Source: an uncultured Planctomycetales bacterium (GTDB taxonomy: Bacteria > Omnitrophota > Gorgyraeia > Gygaellales > Profunditerraquicolaceae). From it: DNA of 64,000 nt. Location: NCBI GenBank assembly GCA_964545575.1, contig CAZJFL010000001.1, positions 221,812-285,811 of the forward strand, written 5' to 3'. Below are positions 63,001 to 64,000 of this stretch, piece by piece. Numbering within the stretch: position 1 is the stretch's first letter; each line of letters starts with the position of its first letter. A program made the translations under genes and the position numbers. The notes below the pieces were generated by a model. The model searched no databases. It worked only from the letters and a program-made list of their open reading frames with translations, and was not told where the DNA came from.

Positions 63001-64000
63001 TGGCAGAGGTTCCTTGGCTATATTGCCCGGAGTTGCGGTAAAGGTCAACCTGTGAACTGCCGAGCCCGAATAAGCTGGTTACGGCAGCAGAATTACCGAG
63101 TATCCCGTTCTGTAAGAAGGCGCCTAACGAACCTTGGGCGTCCTGAGCATCTACTATCTGCCGCAGTTCTCCGGCGGTATATGCCGGCAGTTCAGGAAAG
63201 ATTTTCTTTAACTCTTGGCTTTGCCGGCTCAGCGCGTCTGCCTGCTCGTAAAGCGCTTCTCTCTCCCGCTGGATGCGCATAGAATAATCTGCGATATCGG
63301 CAGTTAAGTATAAGCTGCGGCTTCTAGTATCAATCAGGCGGAACAATACATCTATCGCGCCTTTGATTGTACTATCATGCCACTTAGTATAAAGGATAGC
63401 CTTGTCCAAAGCCGCTTGCGTTTCCTGCGCATAATCAAGGGCTTTCTGATATTCCCGCTCAAACTTATCCGGGTCACTGGGATCGGCAAATCCTCGTTCG
63501 ATGTAAATATAGTGGGCGTAGCTGGTGGTATCCTGCCAATTAGTTTTTAACCACTGCATAAACTCAAAGTTGCCGCGGGCAAAATCTACCTGAGTCCTGA
63601 AATAATCTAATCCTGCCGGGCTATCGTAGGCCAAGAAATCCCTGAAGGCTGCCAATTTATCCCAGTTATTGCGGCTCTCCTGGAAGTCATTCCAGAGTTT
63701 TTCTCTCTCCGCTCTACCCTTATAAAACATCTGCAGGTTATCTTCGTAATACTGAAGCATTCTCTCCCGTTCGCCTACTTCCTCGCGCCACTCTAAAATG
63801 GTATTGGTATAAGTCCAGAGAAGGTCTAAATGCTGCGGATCATGCCGGAAGTAATATGCTCTCCTTTCCGGAGTCCAGAAAGGATCTTCTTTAGAAGGAT
63901 GCTGTTGGAAAGCGGTTAAGAAAATATCTAAATCCTGAATATCCACATCACCGTCGCGGTCTAAATCGTTTAACATCGGGTCTGCCGGATTAAGCATCGC
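2..64000 (-). CDS. Giant multidomain membrane protein, partial at both ends (>21,300 aa in this window)
   Basis: The same minus frame reads as protein at both ends (AMLNPADPMLNDLDRDGDVDIQDL... at 64000; ...YYIDRLVNMMLPVACQALATGETFFLETANAPADR at 2). Manual translation found no stop. The ORF track has no ORF in this frame although an in-frame ATG lies at 63997, and all nine listed minus ORFs are in the other two frames. Dozens of recognisable enzyme motifs are all in this frame. Confidence 0.93.
780..4110 (-). other. Domain of giant CDS: phosphoenolpyruvate synthase (PpsA)-like with helical insertions
   Basis: LLGGK, AIRSSALGEDSEAASFAGRQDT, QVRPET, GGRQSHTAIMATEFG (phospho-His), GLVRFE, DPMAGYRGIR, MNETP, SVGGNDQLQF, GFCGDWPS. 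Confidence 0.92.
5710..7030 (-). other. Domain of giant CDS: multi-TM region, EamA/DMT transporter-like
   Basis: About 8-10 hydrophobic helices; LIVGALQPLIALSLAFFAVKTTGVTNTEVSLFIAAVNIP resembles an EamA repeat. Confidence 0.4.
9600..9790 (-). other. Domain of giant CDS: RAGP...HE zincin-like module
   Basis: TRAGPF...LTLIHEARVIAH...ENE. Confidence 0.4.
10520..12420 (-). other. Domain of giant CDS: circularly permuted enolase (copy 2, catalytic motifs present)
   Basis: GPEGG, FDIASSE, SVEDGL, IGDDL, LIKYNQVGT, SHRS, QKTG, ER followed by GHPT, PSGASTGFEEA, RYGGKGVLNCV. Confidence 0.88.
12560..13320 (-). other. Domain of giant CDS: membrane HEGxGH module preceding enolase copy 2
   Basis: AVGWHEGLGHVLKA...FGLFPGI...ADPG (paralog of 15700-16560). 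Confidence 0.5.
13760..15500 (-). other. Domain of giant CDS: circularly permuted enolase-like domain, degenerate (copy 1)
   Basis: Barrel remnants GPRGGF, IADD, PGRCGSLTE, IRYERL come before N-domain remnants PREYPTASGDPT, GMGCQKALEYFN. Confidence 0.65.
15700..16560 (-). other. Domain of giant CDS: membrane HEGxGH module preceding enolase-like copy 1
   Basis: TIGWHEGAGHLKA...LGLFPGI...AAGP...ADPG. Confidence 0.5.
19550..19900 (-). other. Domain of giant CDS: degenerate M50-like membrane module
   Basis: TM-LTHVLGHMIMAK...LFGGFMAN...GD; catalytic Glu replaced by Val. Confidence 0.4.
20040..20560 (-). other. Domain of giant CDS: possible class I SAM-methyltransferase-like fold
   Basis: LKRGDSVINIGP...GAKVTVVQP...RALKNHGYIL pattern; degenerate. 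Confidence 0.35.
20900..21260 (-). other. Domain of giant CDS: Fic (AMPylase) domain
   Basis: Canonical HPFSDGNGRTGR motif; upstream GRFR. Confidence 0.88.
22074..22310 (-). CDS. Nested out-of-frame small ORF (78 aa, hypothetical) with strong RBS
   Basis: ORF-track ORF preceded by AAGGAGGTG-TCCG-ATG. It has globular-looking composition, while the giant frame over the same span is S/T/A/P-rich. Confidence 0.55.
   Translation of the reverse strand: MCNFQNLEVCRVTPIKGGLWASAKYDHWSYEYDFFILPDGKVCGRTSAGNWVEVSNEAAEFIREKARNLLIAKPNLAH
22315..22323 (-). promoter_or_regulatory. Shine-Dalgarno sequence AAGGAGGTG
   Basis: Plus strand cacctcctt; AGGAGG lies 6 nt upstream of the ATG at 22310. Confidence 0.6.
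22380..22710 (-). other. Domain of giant CDS: M50-like intramembrane metalloprotease fragment
   Basis: TM helix ending in GIHEFGHLL followed by AGPLVS and further TMs. Confidence 0.45.
22820..23560 (-). other. Domain of giant CDS: DUF89/ARMT1-like damage-control phosphatase
   Basis: DPDWQYK, IGNILD, YVVDNVGEDVFD, ASNDAT, IFKGQGNY, FLLTVK. Confidence 0.85.
24180..24415 (-). other. Domain of giant CDS: RAPP...HE zincin-like module
   Basis: GRAPPEL...VYFHPYFF...EILYHELISHI...EA. Confidence 0.5.
25710..26480 (-). other. Domain of giant CDS: transglutaminase-like (Cys-His-Asp) domain plus about 4 TPR repeats
   Basis: RKADCVGFTQLF...SHVAILL...LVD; then TPRs (ALNCFNRALGFDPQNPNVYFNRGLSY, ALKIDPEDIEALYNRGNAH). 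Confidence 0.75.
26780..27900 (-). other. Domain of giant CDS: ROK-family sugar kinase (copy 2)
   Basis: VIDIGGTHARV, IGVSAPG, VNNDGVA, PGSGFGAG, ILGG, AALVGAA. Confidence 0.85.
28560..29075 (-). other. Domain of giant CDS: P-loop (nucleoside/pantothenate kinase-like) domain
   Basis: PLIIGIFGLPCSGKKTL (Walker A variant). Confidence 0.6.
29240..30085 (-). other. Domain of giant CDS: cupin-type (archaeal) glucose-6-phosphate isomerase-like
   Basis: VYYGYRDV, RFDLIVLLPG, FIMTRGHQN, YPEVCEVWYGEAIYIQQ, INPNYSHRVIN, LVIANWI, RGYAY. Confidence 0.8.
30140..30935 (-). other. Domain of giant CDS: dTDP-4-dehydrorhamnose reductase (RmlD)-like SDR
   Basis: ILVIGASGFLG, HAASMVDIDYCE, FISSDYVFDG, PVNEYGRIK (YxxxK), GIYHISG, RRP. 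Confidence 0.9.
30980..32140 (-). other. Domain of giant CDS: APH/choline-kinase-like phosphotransferase (copy 2)
   Basis: GGSSATTFLV, ILKY, IPEVYD, AHGDLLLRNVL, LIDIRG, YELGKILHS. Confidence 0.8.
32290..32990 (-). other. Domain of giant CDS: ribulose-phosphate 3-epimerase-like (copy 2, divergent)
   Basis: GADGIHFDV, FDVHLL, GIKAGVVIEP, VMVQGGIN (DGG changed to QGG). Confidence 0.75.
33030..33620 (-). other. Domain of giant CDS: uridine-kinase-like P-loop kinase
   Basis: VVAIDGNSGAFKTT, ISRDWF, VVIIEGNYLL, YFDLKI. Confidence 0.75.
33850..35720 (-). other. Domain of giant CDS: SIS-type glucose-6-phosphate isomerase
   Basis: RLGWVD, LGIGGSG, VISKSWTTVE, GGRYAS, QITAESLGK, GVNFADEPGVWVSK. Confidence 0.85.
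35865..36436 (-). other. Domain of giant CDS: archaemetzincin-like (M54) zinc protease
   Basis: KNAIHEVGHLIGG...HCNVPSCVMHLSHS..EWD....FCSSC (HExxH, Met-turn and Cys4 site). Confidence 0.8.
36580..37700 (-). other. Domain of giant CDS: GatZ/KbaZ-like (tagatose-6-phosphate 4-epimerase family)
   Basis: LAVCPMS, IATPRQVD..GSYTG, ERDHGGPW, AGFDILHID, YEVGS, KQHNSDY, ANVGPE. Confidence 0.87.
37770..38760 (-). other. Domain of giant CDS: APH/choline-kinase-like phosphotransferase (copy 1)
   Basis: VRKE, YFPRVL, YYEMPY, NHGDLGLHNIL, FVDPRG, YDLSKL. Confidence 0.8.
38840..39490 (-). other. Domain of giant CDS: ribulose-phosphate 3-epimerase-like (copy 1, catalytic residues present)
   Basis: SILYAD, VHVDHFDG, LDVHLW, GVSLNPETP, MCVVPGGGGRTF, IEIDGGI. 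Confidence 0.88.
39560..40070 (-). other. Domain of giant CDS: HD phosphohydrolase
   Basis: HTEG...DHL...LLHDIGK...YPNHA...IRLH. Confidence 0.75.
40270..41630 (-). other. Domain of giant CDS: phosphomannomutase/phosphoglucomutase (alpha-D-phosphohexomutase)
   Basis: NDIRA, GHDVRLTS, VTSSHNP (phospho-Ser loop), AFDGDADR (metal loop), GGEQSGH, RASGTEP. Confidence 0.93.
41700..42530 (-). other. Domain of giant CDS: HAD-IIB hydrolase, eukaryote-type phosphomannomutase-like
   Basis: IADMDETL, VVSG, AGMTAIDILPAGIHKG, FFGDSFDTQGND. Confidence 0.85.
42600..43880 (-). other. Domain of giant CDS: YvcK/GlmR (CofD-like) domain, copy 2
   Basis: LAGGTGTS, FADSGGSSG, SPPGD, HSVKNL, ILGPGSVMTSILPIL. Confidence 0.85.
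43960..44390 (-). other. Domain of giant CDS: TM hairpin plus RGPP...HExxH module
   Basis: Two hydrophobic helices, then TRGPPKY...LILLHEIFHPH...NEIIAY. Confidence 0.5.
45410..45910 (-). other. Domain of giant CDS: 2H phosphoesterase (LigT-like)
   Basis: Two spaced His motifs: DKLHLTI and YPPHIVAGY (second lacks the canonical Thr/Ser). Confidence 0.6.
46790..48040 (-). other. Domain of giant CDS: YvcK/GlmR (CofD-like) domain, copy 1
   Basis: VVIGGNGS, SITDNGGRTG, LGD, IIIGPGSTYSSILPQF. Confidence 0.75.
48440..48720 (-). other. Domain of giant CDS: zincin-like HExxH module
   Basis: NCAPPVVF...ERIFHEFGHYN...EEA. Confidence 0.55.
49270..49670 (-). other. Domain of giant CDS: Nudix hydrolase (IDI/YfcD-like)
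   Basis: HHYGLLHQTVNVFV...LQRRAHNKDLYP...GGHLGTNSTYEEAIAREIKEEL (Nudix box). Confidence 0.85.
49900..50900 (-). other. Domain of giant CDS: NDP-sugar pyrophosphorylase (sugar-1-phosphate nucleotidyltransferase) with left-handed beta-helix tail
   Basis: VILAGGEGKRNYP...NKGL, HYGVLQLD; then hexapeptide-like IVGPDVKLGKEVVVEDGVIILGKSRI. Confidence 0.8.
51245..52820 (-). other. Domain of giant CDS: ROK-family sugar kinase with N-terminal extension (copy 1)
   Basis: ALDVGGTSIKV, GVSMAAAV, VLNDGDAIA, GVGTGLAGG, FGPAVGA. Confidence 0.85.
53000..53200 (-). other. Domain of giant CDS: RAPP...HExxH zincin-like module
   Basis: IRAPPFNL...LDLILHETSHP. Confidence 0.5.
54270..57100 (-). other. Domain of giant CDS: GT48 (FKS1/callose 1,3-beta-glucan synthase)-like glycosyltransferase with flanking TM helices
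   Basis: Ordered motifs PRARKKIVEFFN, GDWEAYL, QWIVYRVDNIYKTI, AKGNSW...NTDWEH, SVAENNW...CYGP, NIEDSAMG...EYSPLMILGRARE parallel FKS motifs EARRRISFFAN, DEWxNF, WASxRxQTLxRT, GKxENQN...IDxNQD, HYGHPD, SEDIxAG...EYxQxGKGRD. A multi-TM bundle follows. Confidence 0.7.
58400..61250 (-). other. Domain of giant CDS: beta-rich region with RHS/YD-like turns
   Basis: Recurrent turns LDADGRV, LDTLGKV, WNEQGYR, YDANGTK, RDEQGRL, VDAFGNV, RDAEGNI, YDAYGLP. Confidence 0.4.
62200..63080 (-). other. Domain of giant CDS: putative outer-membrane beta-barrel-like region
   Basis: Successive amphipathic strands rich in G and aromatics (LAYAGYADVGL, FFWEAGAGAAL, LRGSLSFG, YPYAGAEAKLP, LSLGLET, IDANLGW). Confidence 0.4.
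63917..63970 (-). other. Domain of giant CDS: EF-hand/dockerin-like Ca2+-binding loop
   Basis: NDLDRDGDVDIQDLDIFL fits the DxDxDGxVDxxD loop. Confidence 0.6.

Noticed and set aside
431-63282. About 100 short plus-strand ORFs in the track (e.g. 11568-12236, 22968-23543, 29603-30178, 41559-42113)
   Set aside because: They are antisense shadows of well-supported minus-strand domains, with Ser/Leu/Ile-biased composition and no recognisable motifs
2-64000. An operon of separate genes, or stop-codon reassignment, as the explanation
   Set aside because: The domains are joined in one frame without stops under the standard code, and no intergenic spacers were seen, so recoding is not needed
1-64000. 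tRNA, rRNA, IS elements, terminators
   Set aside because: None recognised; the window appears fully coding on the minus strand

Overview
The whole 64-kb window appears to be the interior of one giant minus-strand gene. A single frame (codons 64000->2, about 21,333 aa) stayed open everywhere I translated it. The ORF track reports nothing in this frame despite an in-frame ATG at 63997, so both start and stop lie outside the window. N->C (high to low coordinates) the protein carries: an EF-hand/dockerin-like loop, a beta-barrel-like region and a long beta-rich DxxG(R/N/K) region; a membrane-embedded GT48 (FKS/callose 1,3-beta-glucan synthase)-like domain; a ~26-kb run of sugar/nucleotide enzymes (2 ROK kinases, NDP-sugar pyrophosphorylase, Nudix, 2 YvcK/CofD, 2H phosphoesterase, HAD-IIB and alpha-D-phosphohexomutase PMMs, HD, 2 Rpe, 2 APH-like kinases, GatZ/KbaZ-like, SIS and cupin PGIs, 2 P-loop kinases, RmlD); archaemetzincin, transglutaminase-like+TPR, DUF89, Fic and M50-like membrane modules; two circularly permuted enolases; a DMT-like transporter; and PEP synthase. 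A DNA-conserved GSVDNGG linker marks many domain junctions, and RAPP...HExxH modules recur. A small out-of-frame gene with a strong Shine-Dalgarno is nested inside. The architecture resembles the giant proteins described from Omnitrophota (taxonomy is inferred, not shown). Domain calls come from manual translation and motif recognition, and their boundaries are approximate.
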